Of a DNA stretch of 64,000 bases, positions 47,684 to 60,587 are shown in pieces. A program made the position numbers and the translations under genes. Numbering within the stretch: position 1 is the stretch's first letter; every line of letters begins with the position of its first letter. The notes below the pieces were generated by a model. That model saw nothing but the letters and a program-made list of their open reading frames with translations. It searched no databases and had not been told where the DNA came from. The stretch is from an uncultured Eubacteriales bacterium (GTDB lineage: Bacteria; Bacillota; Clostridia; Oscillospirales; Acutalibacteraceae): NCBI GenBank assembly GCA_900540235.1, contig UQEY01000004.1, positions 24,007 to 88,006 on the forward strand, in the 5' to 3' direction.

Positions 47684-48610
47684 ATGAATGTTATTTTTAT
47701 GGGTACTCCTGATTTTGCAGTACCTTGCTTGCAAAAATTAATAGAGAAACATAATGTTTTAGCTGTTTTTTCTCAACCGGATAAGCCCGTTGGCAGAAAG
47801 CAGATACTTAAACCTACTCCGGTTAAGGAATGTGCACTTGAACATAATATTGAGGTGTTTCAGCCGAATTCATTAAAAGATGATGATGTTGCACTTCAAA
47901 TTGAAAATATGAATGCAGATATTATTGTTGTGGTTGCATACGGCAAAATTTTGCCTAAAAGAATTCTTAATGCTGCAAAGTTTGGGTCTATTAATGTTCA
48001 CGCATCTCTTTTGCCAAAATATCGTGGCGCCGCTCCTATACAGTGGGCGGTTATTAACGGTGATAAGGAAACGGGCGTCACCGTTATGCAAATGGGTGAG
48101 GGGCTTGATACAGGCGATATGATTCTTGTTGAAAAGACCGATATTAAGCCAAATGAAACGAGTGAAGAACTTTTTGAAAGACTTTCAATTATCGGAAGCG
48201 AAGCTTTAATTGAAGCACTTGCTCAAATTGAAAACGGCACTGCTGTGCTTACCCCTCAAGGTGAAAGCGATACTTCGTATGCCGAAAAAATTACTAAAGC
48301 ACTAAGTCCGATTGACTGGAATAAATCAGCACTTGAGGTGCACAATTTAGTAAGAGGTCTTCAAACTTGGCCTTGTGCTCAAACTACTCTTGCAGGCAAA
48401 AATATTAAAATTCATAAAACTTTATTATCAAATAAAAAAGGCGGCACTATAGGCGAAATTATTGATAATAAAAACATTCTTACTGTTTGTTGCGGTGACG
48501 GAAAATGTGTTGATATACTTGAACTTCAACTTGACGGTAAAAAGAGAATGGATACAAAATCGTTTTTGATGGGAAATCAAGTGCCTCTTGGCACAATTTT
48601 AGGAGAATGA
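47684..48610 (+). CDS. fmt: Methionyl-tRNA formyltransferase
   Basis: FMGTPDFA and NVHASLLPKYRGAAPI. Confidence 0.97.
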   Translation: MNVIFMGTPDFAVPCLQKLIEKHNVLAVFSQPDKPVGRKQILKPTPVKECALEHNIEVFQPNSLKDDDVALQIENMNADIIVVVAYGKILPKRILNAAKFGSINVHASLLPKYRGAAPIQWAVINGDKETGVTVMQMGEGLDTGDMILVEKTDIKPNETSEELFERLSIIGSEALIEALAQIENGTAVLTPQGESDTSYAEKITKALSPIDWNKSALEVHNLVRGLQTWPCAQTTLAGKNIKIHKTLLSNKKGGTIGEIIDNKNILTVCCGDGKCVDILELQLDGKKRMDTKSFLMGNQVPLGTILGE

Positions 48611-48616
48611 TATATT

Positions 48617-49312
48617 ATGGGTCCTTATTTTGCATATTATTTAACAGGTTTTATTATGATTCCTGTATTTATCTTTGCAACAATTTGCCAGATTAAAGTT
48701 AAGAATTCTTTTAAAACATATTCGAGGTTTAATAATCGTCGTGGTTTGACAGGTGCGCAAGCCGCATATCAGCTTTTGCAGTTAAACGGTATTACAGATG
48801 TAAGAATTAAAAAAATCGGTGGTACGCTGACCGACTATTATGACCCAAAGAATAAGGAAATATGCTTATCGCAAGATGTTTTCGATTCAACAAGTGTTGC
48901 TGCGGTAGGTGTTGCTTGTCACGAAGCGGGGCACGCTTGCCAGCACGCTCAGGGTTATGCTCCTCTGAAAATAAGAAATGCTGTTATTCCTGTAACACGC
49001 ATCGGTTCTTTTTTAGGTGTCCCTTTAGCGCTTGTAGGTATGTTTCTTTACAGTAATACTCTTATTTACGCAGGTCTTATTTTGTATTCGGCAGTTGCTT
49101 TATTTCAGCTTATTACATTACCGGTTGAGTTCAATGCGTCTAAGAGAGCACTTCAAACTATTGAGGCTAATAATTTCCTTGACGGTGACGAGTATACCGG
49201 TGCTAAGAAGGTGTTAACTGCTGCGGCTTTAACTTATGTTGCGGCACTCGCTTCGGCACTTGCAACTTTACTTAGATTATTATTAATTATTAACAGAGGT
49301 AACAGAAATTGA
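48617..49312 (+). CDS. YugP-like membrane zinc metallopeptidase
   Basis: HEAGH, TLPVEFNAS and AAALTYVA. Confidence 0.9.
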   Translation: MGPYFAYYLTGFIMIPVFIFATICQIKVKNSFKTYSRFNNRRGLTGAQAAYQLLQLNGITDVRIKKIGGTLTDYYDPKNKEICLSQDVFDSTSVAAVGVACHEAGHACQHAQGYAPLKIRNAVIPVTRIGSFLGVPLALVGMFLYSNTLIYAGLILYSAVALFQLITLPVEFNASKRALQTIEANNFLDGDEYTGAKKVLTAAALTYVAALASALATLLRLLLIINRGNRN

Positions 49313-50547
49313 CGAAAAGCCCACGACTTATCGCTTTTGAAACCCTTTACAGCATATTTTATAACGGTTCATATTCCAATATTGCACTTGATAAAGCACT
49401 CTCAAATGTTGTATATGATAAGGCTTTTATTTCTTCGCTTGTTTATGGCGTAACAGAAAGAAAACTTACGCTTGATTATTTTATTAATAAATATGCAAGC
49501 GGTAGAATTAAGCCTAAAATTCGTGTTATTTTGTGGCTCGGTGCTTATCAAATTCTTTTTATGGACAAAATTCCGACTTCAGCCGCTATAAACGAAAGCG
49601 TTAAGCTTACAAAACAGATAAAGCAGGAATATTATTCAAAGCTTGTTAATGCTGTTTTACATAAAATAGATAAAAACAGAGTTTTACCTGATGATTTGTC
49701 GGTAAAATATTCTGTTCCTGAAAATTTAATAAATATGTGGGTTAAGCAGTACGGCGAAGAAACTGTTACAGAGTTTTTACCATCAATTAACGACAGACCT
49801 CCGCTTTTTGCAATACCAAATAAAAAAGTTGTTAACAGTGACGAACTTGTTTATGAACTTGATTGTGACGAAACTAAATGTGAAGCTTATAACGAGTTTG
49901 TTCTTATAAATGAGGCTAACAATTTAACCAAGTCAAAAGCTTTTAAAAACGGATTATTTTATATTGAAGACTTGTCAAGTTTTTATTGTGCTAAAGCAAT
50001 CGGCGCTAAACCGGGAGATACTGTGCTTGATATGTGCTCGGCGCCCGGCGGTAAGGCTTTTACAATCAGCCAAGATATGAATAATCAAGGTAAAATTTAC
50101 TGCTTTGACCTATATCCTCATAGGCTTAAACTTATTGAGGACAGTGCGGCAAGGCTTGGTATCAATATTATAAAAACTGCGGTAAATAATGCGACTGTAT
50201 ATAATTCAAGTATCCCTAATGCGGACAAGATTCTTTGTGATGTACCTTGTTCAGGTTTTGGTATTATCAGAAGAAAGCCGGAAATCAGATATAAGGAGCT
50301 TGACAGCGTTAAGGAATTGCCGCTTATTCAGTACAGTATTTTGAAAACTTCCGCCAAATATTTAAAAAAAGGCGGAAAGATAATTTATTCAACCTGTACA
50401 TTGAATAAAAAGGAAAACGAGCAGGTTGTTTCAAGGTTTTTGGATAACAACAATAACTTTAAATTAATTGAAGAAAAAACAATTTTTCCGTCAAACTACG
50501 GCGGAGACGGCTTTTACTATGCATTAATGAAAAAGAATGAAGACTGA
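49309..50547 (+). CDS. rsmB: 16S rRNA m5C967 methyltransferase
   Basis: NusB-like N-terminus; DMCSAPGGK, DVPCSG and YSTCT. Confidence 0.93.
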   Translation: MTKSPRLIAFETLYSIFYNGSYSNIALDKALSNVVYDKAFISSLVYGVTERKLTLDYFINKYASGRIKPKIRVILWLGAYQILFMDKIPTSAAINESVKLTKQIKQEYYSKLVNAVLHKIDKNRVLPDDLSVKYSVPENLINMWVKQYGEETVTEFLPSINDRPPLFAIPNKKVVNSDELVYELDCDETKCEAYNEFVLINEANNLTKSKAFKNGLFYIEDLSSFYCAKAIGAKPGDTVLDMCSAPGGKAFTISQDMNNQGKIYCFDLYPHRLKLIEDSAARLGINIIKTAVNNATVYNSSIPNADKILCDVPCSGFGIIRRKPEIRYKELDSVKELPLIQYSILKTSAKYLKKGGKIIYSTCTLNKKENEQVVSRFLDNNNNFKLIEEKTIFPSNYGGDGFYYALMKKNED

Positions 50548-51577
50548 TATTAATTCACTTACTTACGAAAAACTTAATAGCGTTATTGAAGAACTCGGTC
50601 AACCAACATTTCGAGCAAAACAAATTTATACTTGGCTTCATAAATACGGTGTTTCATCTTTTGATGAAATGACTAATATCAGTAAACAGTTAAGGGAAAT
50701 ACTTGCCGACAACTATTTTATATCAACTTGTGAAATTGAAGATAAATACACTTCAAAAATTGATGATACCGTAAAATATTTGTTTAGGCTTTATGATGGA
50801 GAATATGTTGAATCTGTAATTATGAAATATAAATACGGATATACAATTTGTGTTTCATCTCAAGTCGGTTGTAAGATGGGCTGTACTTTTTGTGCTTCAA
50901 CTCTTGCGGGTTTTAAACGCAATTTAACTGCAGGTGAAATAGAAGCACAGCTTCAAAGCGCTCAAAAAGATTTGCAAATTAAAATATCGCATATTGTTTT
51001 AATGGGTATCGGTGAACCGCTTGATAATTTTGATAATGTTATTGATTTTCTTTATAATGTCAATAATGAAAACGGTCTTAATATCAGCATGAGAAATATT
51101 ACGCTTTCAACTTGTGGTGTTGTACCGAGAATTTACGATTTAATGGCTCTTAATTTACAACTTACCTTAACTATTTCACTTCACGCTCCCAATGATAACA
51201 TTAGGAGCAAAACAATGCCTATTAATCGTAAATATAATATGGATGAATTAATTAAAGCTTGCAAAAATTATGCCGAGAAAACAGGCAGGAGAGTGAGCTT
51301 TGAATATACACTTATTAAAGATGTAAATGATTCAACAAAAGACGCTTTGGAACTTTCCGCCAGACTTAAAGGGATGAACAGTCATATTAATCTTATTCCG
51401 GTTAATGATGTTAAAGAACGGGGAAATGTCCGCTCATCAAAAGAGGCTATTTTGAATTTTCAAAATGTGTTGAAAAAGCATGGTATTAATGCTACAATAA
51501 GACGAACTTTAGGTTCTGATATAAATGCGTCCTGCGGACAGCTTAGAAGACTCAAAAACAGAGGTGAAAACGAATGA
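50537..51577 (+). CDS. rlmN: 23S rRNA m2A2503 methyltransferase
   Basis: SQVGCKMGCTFC, MGIGEP and ASCGQL. Confidence 0.95.
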   Translation: MKTDINSLTYEKLNSVIEELGQPTFRAKQIYTWLHKYGVSSFDEMTNISKQLREILADNYFISTCEIEDKYTSKIDDTVKYLFRLYDGEYVESVIMKYKYGYTICVSSQVGCKMGCTFCASTLAGFKRNLTAGEIEAQLQSAQKDLQIKISHIVLMGIGEPLDNFDNVIDFLYNVNNENGLNISMRNITLSTCGVVPRIYDLMALNLQLTLTISLHAPNDNIRSKTMPINRKYNMDELIKACKNYAEKTGRRVSFEYTLIKDVNDSTKDALELSARLKGMNSHINLIPVNDVKERGNVRSSKEAILNFQNVLKKHGINATIRRTLGSDINASCGQLRRLKNRGENE

Positions 51578-52302
51578 GAATTGTTGCAAAAACAGATAAA
51601 GGTCATATAAGAGATTCAAACCAAGATGCGTATGCTGTAGGTGAATTTTCTAATGAAGTTGTGTGGGCTGTTGTTTGCGACGGTATGGGCGGCGCAGTCG
51701 GTGGTAATATTGCCAGTGCACTTGCCGTTAAAGTAATAAGTGACAAAATTAATGTTTCTTATCGTGACCAAATGCGTGACACTTCAATTAAAAATATGCT
51801 TGATTCAGCACTCAATGCCGCAAACATTGAAGTGTTTGATATGGCTGAGGATAAGCCTGATTTAAGAGGTATGGGTACAACTGTAGTTTGCGCTGTAGTT
51901 AAAGATAACCAGGCGTTTATTGCTCATGCCGGTGACAGTAGAGCTTATGTTTTAAAAAATAATGAAATACATCAAGTTACTACCGACCACAGCGTAGTTC
52001 AAGATTTGCTTGATAAGGGCAAGATTACTTCTGAACAAGCTCTTCATCACCCAAATAAAAATATAATCACTCGTGCTGTCGGCGTTGAAAAAGATATTGA
52101 TATTGATTTTGACCAAGTAGATTTAGATGACGATTCGACTCTTTTGCTTTGTACCGACGGTCTTTCAAATTATGTAAGTAACGAAGAAATTATTGAATTG
52201 ACTAAAGATAAAAAGCACTACGCTTTTGCTGACAGACTTGTTAACAGAGCAAACGAAAACGGTGGCGGTGATAATATAACCGCAGTAGTAATTTCCAAAT
52301 AA
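51574..52302 (+). CDS. stp1: PP2C Ser/Thr phosphatase (Stp1/PrpC)
   Basis: NQD, DGMGG, GDSR, CTDGL and GGDNIT. Confidence 0.93.
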   Translation: MRIVAKTDKGHIRDSNQDAYAVGEFSNEVVWAVVCDGMGGAVGGNIASALAVKVISDKINVSYRDQMRDTSIKNMLDSALNAANIEVFDMAEDKPDLRGMGTTVVCAVVKDNQAFIAHAGDSRAYVLKNNEIHQVTTDHSVVQDLLDKGKITSEQALHHPNKNIITRAVGVEKDIDIDFDQVDLDDDSTLLLCTDGLSNYVSNEEIIELTKDKKHYAFADRLVNRANENGGGDNITAVVISK

Positions 52303-52323
52303 CGATAACGGAGTTTTTAAAGT

Positions 52324-54441
52324 ATGGATAATTATGTAGGAAAAAGACTTGATTCAAGATATGAAATACAGGAAATCGTCGGCGTTGGCGGTATGTCTGT
52401 TGTATATAAAGCTTATGACAATGTTGATGACAGAATTGTAGCTGTCAAAATACTTAAAGACGAATTTTTAACTAATGATGAATTCGTAAGAAGATTTAAA
52501 AATGAATCAAAAGCCATCGCACTTCTTTCACATCCTAATATTGTTAAAGTGTACGATGTAAGTTTCGGTGAAAAGTTGCAATACATTGTAATGGAATATG
52601 TTGACGGCATCACCCTTAAAGAGTACATTCAAAAGCAAGGTGCAATCACTTGGAACGATGCGCTTTTCTTCACAACACAGATTTTAAAAGCACTTCAGCA
52701 CGCTCACGACAAGGGTATTGTTCACAGAGATATTAAACCTCAAAATATTATTCTTTTGCCGAACGGAAATCTGAAAGTTGCTGACTTTGGTATTGCTCGA
52801 TTTTCAAGAAGCGATACAAAGACACTTACAGAAACTGCAATCGGTTCGGTTCATTATATCAGTCCTGAGCAAGCAAAAGGCGAATTTACCGATGAAAAAG
52901 CAGATATTTATTCGGTCGGTGTTGTCCTTTATGAAATGCTTGCAGGCAAGGTGCCGTTTGAAGCGGACAGTGCTGTTTCTGTTGCACTTATGCAGCTTCA
53001 AAGCAATGCTAAAAGACTTACTGAAATTAACCCTGATATTCCTTTAGGTCTTGAACAAATTTGTATTCATGCTATGCAAAAAGACCCAAAAGACAGGTAC
53101 CAATCGGCTACCGAGATGCTTCTTGATGTTGAAGAAATAATCAAAAACCCAAAAACAGAATTTGATTATTCTTATTTTGTTGATAAAGAACCTACAAAAT
53201 ATATTTCTCAAACTGATAAAATTACGGGTGAGCAACCTGTGTTAAATGAAAATGAGATTGAGAAAACTTATGATGAAGATGTAGAAGAAGTATATTATGA
53301 CCCTGATCATAAAAAGAAAGTTATAACCGCTGTTTCAATCGGTCTTATTGTTTTAGCCGCCGCTATTGTTCTTTTGGTAATGACTATTACCGGTTCATTT
53401 AAAACCGATACAAGTACGCTTGATAATTTTGTCGGCTTTTCTTATGATGAACTTATAAATTCAAATAAGTACGATTATGAATTCATTCTTGAACAAAAGA
53501 AAACAGACGAAGTTGAACCGGGAATCATTGTTGAACAGTCACCTGAGGCAGGTTCAAAAGTAATTTCAGGTTCTCAGGTTAAGCTTGTTGTTTCCGCTTC
53601 GGAAGATGATATTAATGTGCCGAATATTTATAATCTTAATGAAGAAAAGGCAAAAAAATCTTTGGCTAATGAGGGCTTAAACAATTATAAATTTACAACT
53701 ATTTCAAGCGAAACGGTTGAGGAGGGATATGTGGTTTATACCGAGCCTAAAGCAGGCACTGTTGTTTCTGCCGATACGCAAATTGTTGTTTTTGTGAGTT
53801 CAGGTCCTACTACAAAACAAGTTGTAAATATCCAAATACCTGATGTTAAAGGACTTAAACAAGAGGGTGCAAGGGCATTTCTTGAAAAAACAGGTTTTAC
53901 CAATATCACTTTTGTAACAAAAGATGATATTACACCAAAGGGTACTGTTTTATCTCAATCACCGGCTGCAGGTTCTTCTGCTACTGCCGATGAAAGAATG
54001 AGAATTGTAATTTCATCCGGTGTTACAACAACTACTACTAAGCCTACTTCAAAAATTTCTGTTTCTGTTTTGTTACCTGAAATTGTAGACGAAGACGGTG
54101 AGTACACAACAGATACTCTTGAAGTTTTATTAAACGGTGAAACTTATCTTAACCAAGCTGTTACTCTTAAAGGCGGTAAAGCAAATGTAAGCGTAACGCT
54201 TGAAGACAGCGAAAGCGCAGTTATAAAAATTTCTTTGTCTGACACAGGTGCAGTTGAAACCAAAAATATAAATGCCGATAACAGCGAAAATATAAGTGTA
54301 GATTTTACCGGTTTTTCAAGTGATGATTCTCAACAGTTATCAATGCCTCAGGAATCTACACAGTCGGCTACAGCTTCAACTGCTGCTTCGGCATTTGAAA
54401 ATACAACTGATACAACAGGTGAAACTAAGAATGTGCAATAA
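52324..54441 (+). CDS. pknB: PASTA-domain Ser/Thr kinase (PknB/PrkC)
   Basis: GVGGMS, HRDIKPQN, DFG, a TM helix and three PASTA repeats. Confidence 0.95.
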   Translation: MDNYVGKRLDSRYEIQEIVGVGGMSVVYKAYDNVDDRIVAVKILKDEFLTNDEFVRRFKNESKAIALLSHPNIVKVYDVSFGEKLQYIVMEYVDGITLKEYIQKQGAITWNDALFFTTQILKALQHAHDKGIVHRDIKPQNIILLPNGNLKVADFGIARFSRSDTKTLTETAIGSVHYISPEQAKGEFTDEKADIYSVGVVLYEMLAGKVPFEADSAVSVALMQLQSNAKRLTEINPDIPLGLEQICIHAMQKDPKDRYQSATEMLLDVEEIIKNPKTEFDYSYFVDKEPTKYISQTDKITGEQPVLNENEIEKTYDEDVEEVYYDPDHKKKVITAVSIGLIVLAAAIVLLVMTITGSFKTDTSTLDNFVGFSYDELINSNKYDYEFILEQKKTDEVEPGIIVEQSPEAGSKVISGSQVKLVVSASEDDINVPNIYNLNEEKAKKSLANEGLNNYKFTTISSETVEEGYVVYTEPKAGTVVSADTQIVVFVSSGPTTKQVVNIQIPDVKGLKQEGARAFLEKTGFTNITFVTKDDITPKGTVLSQSPAAGSSATADERMRIVISSGVTTTTTKPTSKISVSVLLPEIVDEDGEYTTDTLEVLLNGETYLNQAVTLKGGKANVSVTLEDSESAVIKISLSDTGAVETKNINADNSENISVDFTGFSSDDSQQLSMPQESTQSATASTAASAFENTTDTTGETKNVQ

Positions 54442-55318
54442 ACCCATTATAGTTAAAGGTATCGGTGGTTTCTACTATGTGGAAACCACCGATGGTTTAT
54501 ATGAATGTAAGGCAAGGGGAGTATTCAGAAAGAAAAAAATCACTCCGCTTGTCGGCGATAAAGTTAAAATCAGCATAAATGAGAATGCAGAAAATACTAT
54601 TGATGAAATTGAGGAAAGAAAAAATTTTCTTGTAAGGCCTCCACTTGCCAATATCGACCAACTTTTTATTGTATCATCAATCGTTGACCCTCAAATTAAT
54701 ACAGTTGTGCTTGACAGACTTGTTGCGATAGCTGAATATAAAAATATTGAGCCTATAATTGTTTTTACCAAAACAGATTTAGATTCATCCTATAAAAAAT
54801 ATGTTGACATTTATTCAAATGCCGGCTTTAAAACAATAATTTGCGATAATACTACGGGTTTGGGTTCAAGTGAAGTCAAAGAACTTTTAAAAAATAAAAC
54901 GAGTGCTTTTGCGGGTAATACCGGTGTAGGTAAATCTTCACTTCTTAATCAAATTGATTCCTCTCTTGAGCTTGCAACAGGTGAAACAAGCAAAAAACTC
55001 GGCAGGGGTAAGCATACTACAAGGCACTGCGAACTTTTCAAATGCGGCGGCGGATATATTGCGGACACTCCGGGTTTTTCTTCGCTTGATATCGAAAGAT
55101 GTGAAAGAATTATGAAAGATGATTTGCCGCACTGTTTCAGAGAATTTGAAGATTATATTTACGATTGTAAGTTTTTAAACAACTGCTCTCATATTAATGA
55201 CAAAGGATGCGCCGTAAGGCAAGCAGTTGACGATGGCATAATTTCTCAAAGCAGATATAATAGTTATATTCAAATGTATAATGAAGTTAAAGACATAAAA
55301 GAGTGGGAAAAGAAATGA
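54431..55318 (+). CDS. rsgA: Ribosome small subunit-dependent GTPase
   Basis: TKTD, GNTGVGKSS, GRGKHTTR, DTPG and the C-terminal zinc site. Confidence 0.95.
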   Translation: MCNKPIIVKGIGGFYYVETTDGLYECKARGVFRKKKITPLVGDKVKISINENAENTIDEIEERKNFLVRPPLANIDQLFIVSSIVDPQINTVVLDRLVAIAEYKNIEPIIVFTKTDLDSSYKKYVDIYSNAGFKTIICDNTTGLGSSEVKELLKNKTSAFAGNTGVGKSSLLNQIDSSLELATGETSKKLGRGKHTTRHCELFKCGGGYIADTPGFSSLDIERCERIMKDDLPHCFREFEDYIYDCKFLNNCSHINDKGCAVRQAVDDGIISQSRYNSYIQMYNEVKDIKEWEKK

Positions 55319-55932
55319 TAAAATGCCTTATAATTTCAGGTGCTCCTGAAGAAGATATTGAATATTATAAAGACTATGTTGATTCTCGCTTTATAATTTC
55401 TGCCGACAGTGGTTATCAAAAGTGCCTTAAACTTGATATTAAACCTGATTTAATTATAGGTGATTTTGATTCTTCTAAATTGCCGATAACAGATATTGAA
55501 ACAATGCTTCTGCCAATCAGAAAAGACGACACAGATACTTTTTTTGCCGTTAAGGAGGCAATTAAAAGGAATTTTGACGATATAATTATTCTTGGCGGTA
55601 TAGGCAGCAGATTTGACCACACTTATTGTAACATTTTGGCGCTTAATTATTGCCTTGACAGAGATGTTAAATGTGCTTTAATTGACAAGTATAATAAGAT
55701 TGAAATTTATAATAAAAGTTTTTCTTTTAAAAAAGATAATTATTTTTCATTTTCTTTTTATGCTCTTTTTAATAATTGTATCGGTTTAACAACAAGGGGT
55801 ACGCAGTACGATTTGACAAATTATACATTAACGCCCGATTGCCCGCTTGCACAAAGCAATTCATTTAAAGATGATACGGTAAGCGTAACTTTCAAAACAG
55901 GTAAGTTGATTTTAATTCAAAGTAACGATTAA
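55315..55932 (+). CDS. thiN: Thiamine diphosphokinase
   Basis: ADSG, GDFDS, KDDTD and GSRFDH; ATGA overlap with rsgA. Confidence 0.92.
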   Translation: MIKCLIISGAPEEDIEYYKDYVDSRFIISADSGYQKCLKLDIKPDLIIGDFDSSKLPITDIETMLLPIRKDDTDTFFAVKEAIKRNFDDIIILGGIGSRFDHTYCNILALNYCLDRDVKCALIDKYNKIEIYNKSFSFKKDNYFSFSFYALFNNCIGLTTRGTQYDLTNYTLTPDCPLAQSNSFKDDTVSVTFKTGKLILIQSND

Positions 55933-55983
55933 TTATCTTTTGCATAGTATGTAGTAAATACAGCATAAAGAGGTGTTTACTAT

Positions 55984-56127
55984 ATGAAAAAAATGTGTAG
56001 GAGAGATTATTTGTGGATAGCATTCGGTGCCGGTTGCGTAATTGCATGTTGCTGTTCAACAATATGGATAACACGAATACTTGCTATTGTAGTAATCATT
56101 CTCGGAATTATTTGCTGTAAAAGATAA
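55984..56127 (+). CDS. 47-aa Cys-rich hydrophobic small protein
   Basis: GAGGTG RBS; MKKMCRRDYLWIAFGAGCVIACCCSTIWITRILAIVVIILGIICCKR. Not in the ORF track. Confidence 0.7.
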   Translation: MKKMCRRDYLWIAFGAGCVIACCCSTIWITRILAIVVIILGIICCKR

Positions 56128-56140
56128 GTGAGGTATGGTT

Positions 56141-56230
56141 ATGAAGGTTGTACTAATTAAAAGTCCTAAGTTTTTAGCTCCGTTTCTTCGAGCAATGTTT
56201 AAAATTGAAAAAGTTAAAAATGAAACATAG
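56141..56230 (+). CDS. spoVM: Stage V sporulation protein M
   Basis: MKVVLIKSPKFLAPFLRAMFKIEKVKNET resembles SpoVM (conserved Pro9, KFL, RAM). GAGGT RBS; expected position after thiN. Confidence 0.85.
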   Translation: MKVVLIKSPKFLAPFLRAMFKIEKVKNET

Positions 56231-56231
56231 C

Positions 56232-56262
56232 AAAACGCATCCTATTTTGGATGCGTTTTTTT
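56232..56262 (+). terminator. Intrinsic terminator after spoVM
   Basis: AAAACGCATCC/GGATGCGTTTT followed by a T tract. Confidence 0.8.
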
Positions 56263-56283
56263 AATAAAATAACTTATATTTAA

Positions 56284-59141
<2,858 letters not shown>

Positions 59142-59156
59142 TTTGGAGATGACAAT

Positions 59157-60587
59157 ATGAATAATAAAGCTAAAGAATATTTTGATTTACTCAAAGGTAA
59201 AAAAGTTGCTTTTGTAGGTATGGGTGTTGCAAATGTGCCTTGCGCAAAATTTTTGGCAAAGCTTGGCATAGAAGTTTATGCTTGTGATAAAAGGGATAAA
59301 GAATATATCGGAAAAGATATTTGTAATGACCTTGAAAATTTAGGCGTTCATTTTTCACTCGGTGAAAATTATCTTGATATTTTGCCGCAAATGGACTTGG
59401 TATTTCGTTCTCATGGCATTTTGCCTTTTCAAAACCCTTGGATAGGTGAATGTATTGAAAGAGGGCAAAAAGTCACTACTGAGATGGAAGTCTTTTTTAA
59501 ATTATGCCCATCTAAGATTATTGCCGTAACAGGTTCTAACGGTAAAACGACAACCACTACTCTCATTGCAAAAATGCTTGAAATGCAGGGAAAAAAGGTG
59601 TATTTAGGCGGTAATATAGGCAAGGCATTAATGCCGGAACTTGAAACTATAACCGAAAATGATATTGCCGTTGTAGAACTTTCTTCTTTTCAGCTTTTAA
59701 CTATGGGCAATATGAAAAACAGACCGGATGTTGCTGTTGTTACTAATATTGAATGTACACATCAAGACCACCATGTAAATCTTGACGAATATGTTGACGC
59801 TAAAAGAAATATTTTGATTTACCAAAACAGTGATGCACGAACCGTACTTAACGCTGATTGCGACTATTCTATCGGCAATCGGGTTTATCATGATATGAGA
59901 TATGATGTCAGAGGTAAGCTTTCTGAGTTTTCTATTAAACATAAGGTTGAAAACGGTTGTTATATGAACGAAAAAGGTGAGATTATTTATAACGATAACG
60001 GTAAAGAAACTTTTGTTATGAATAGTTCGGATATTGCTATACCCGGCACTCATAATATTGAAAACTACTGCACAGCAATTTGCGCTACTTGGGGTATTGT
60101 AGATATTGGCGTTTATGACAAAATTGCAAAAACTTTCGGCGGAGTTGAACACAGAATTGAATTTGTAAGAGAATACAAAGGCGTCAGATATTATAACGAC
60201 TCTATTGCTACTTCACCTTCACGAGTTATAAGCGGTCTAAGGGCATTTGGCAAAAAAATTATTGTTATTATGGGTGGTTCCGATAAGGGAAATGATATGA
60301 GCGAAATGGTGCCTGACATTTTAAAATATGTTAAAGTGCTCATATTAAACGGCGCTACTGCAGATAAAATATATAATACCGTTGTTAATTTTGACGGGTA
60401 TAAAGACTCGGGTATTAAAATTGTAAAAACAGATGTGCTTGAAAATGCACTTACCGAAGCTAAAAAAATTGCCCAAAGTGGTGATATTGTTTCACTTTGT
60501 CCTGCGTGCCCTGCATTTGACCAGTTCAAAACTTTTGAATACAGAGGCAGAAAATTTAAAGAACTTGTAAATGGATTTGATGACTGA
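59157..60587 (+). CDS. murD: UDP-N-acetylmuramoyl-L-alanine--D-glutamate ligase
   Basis: TGSNGKTTT, GGNIG, ELSSFQL, HRIE and NDSIAT. Confidence 0.95.
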   Translation: MNNKAKEYFDLLKGKKVAFVGMGVANVPCAKFLAKLGIEVYACDKRDKEYIGKDICNDLENLGVHFSLGENYLDILPQMDLVFRSHGILPFQNPWIGECIERGQKVTTEMEVFFKLCPSKIIAVTGSNGKTTTTTLIAKMLEMQGKKVYLGGNIGKALMPELETITENDIAVVELSSFQLLTMGNMKNRPDVAVVTNIECTHQDHHVNLDEYVDAKRNILIYQNSDARTVLNADCDYSIGNRVYHDMRYDVRGKLSEFSIKHKVENGCYMNEKGEIIYNDNGKETFVMNSSDIAIPGTHNIENYCTAICATWGIVDIGVYDKIAKTFGGVEHRIEFVREYKGVRYYNDSIATSPSRVISGLRAFGKKIIVIMGGSDKGNDMSEMVPDILKYVKVLILNGATADKIYNTVVNFDGYKDSGIKIVKTDVLENALTEAKKIAQSGDIVSLCPACPAFDQFKTFEYRGRKFKELVNGFDD

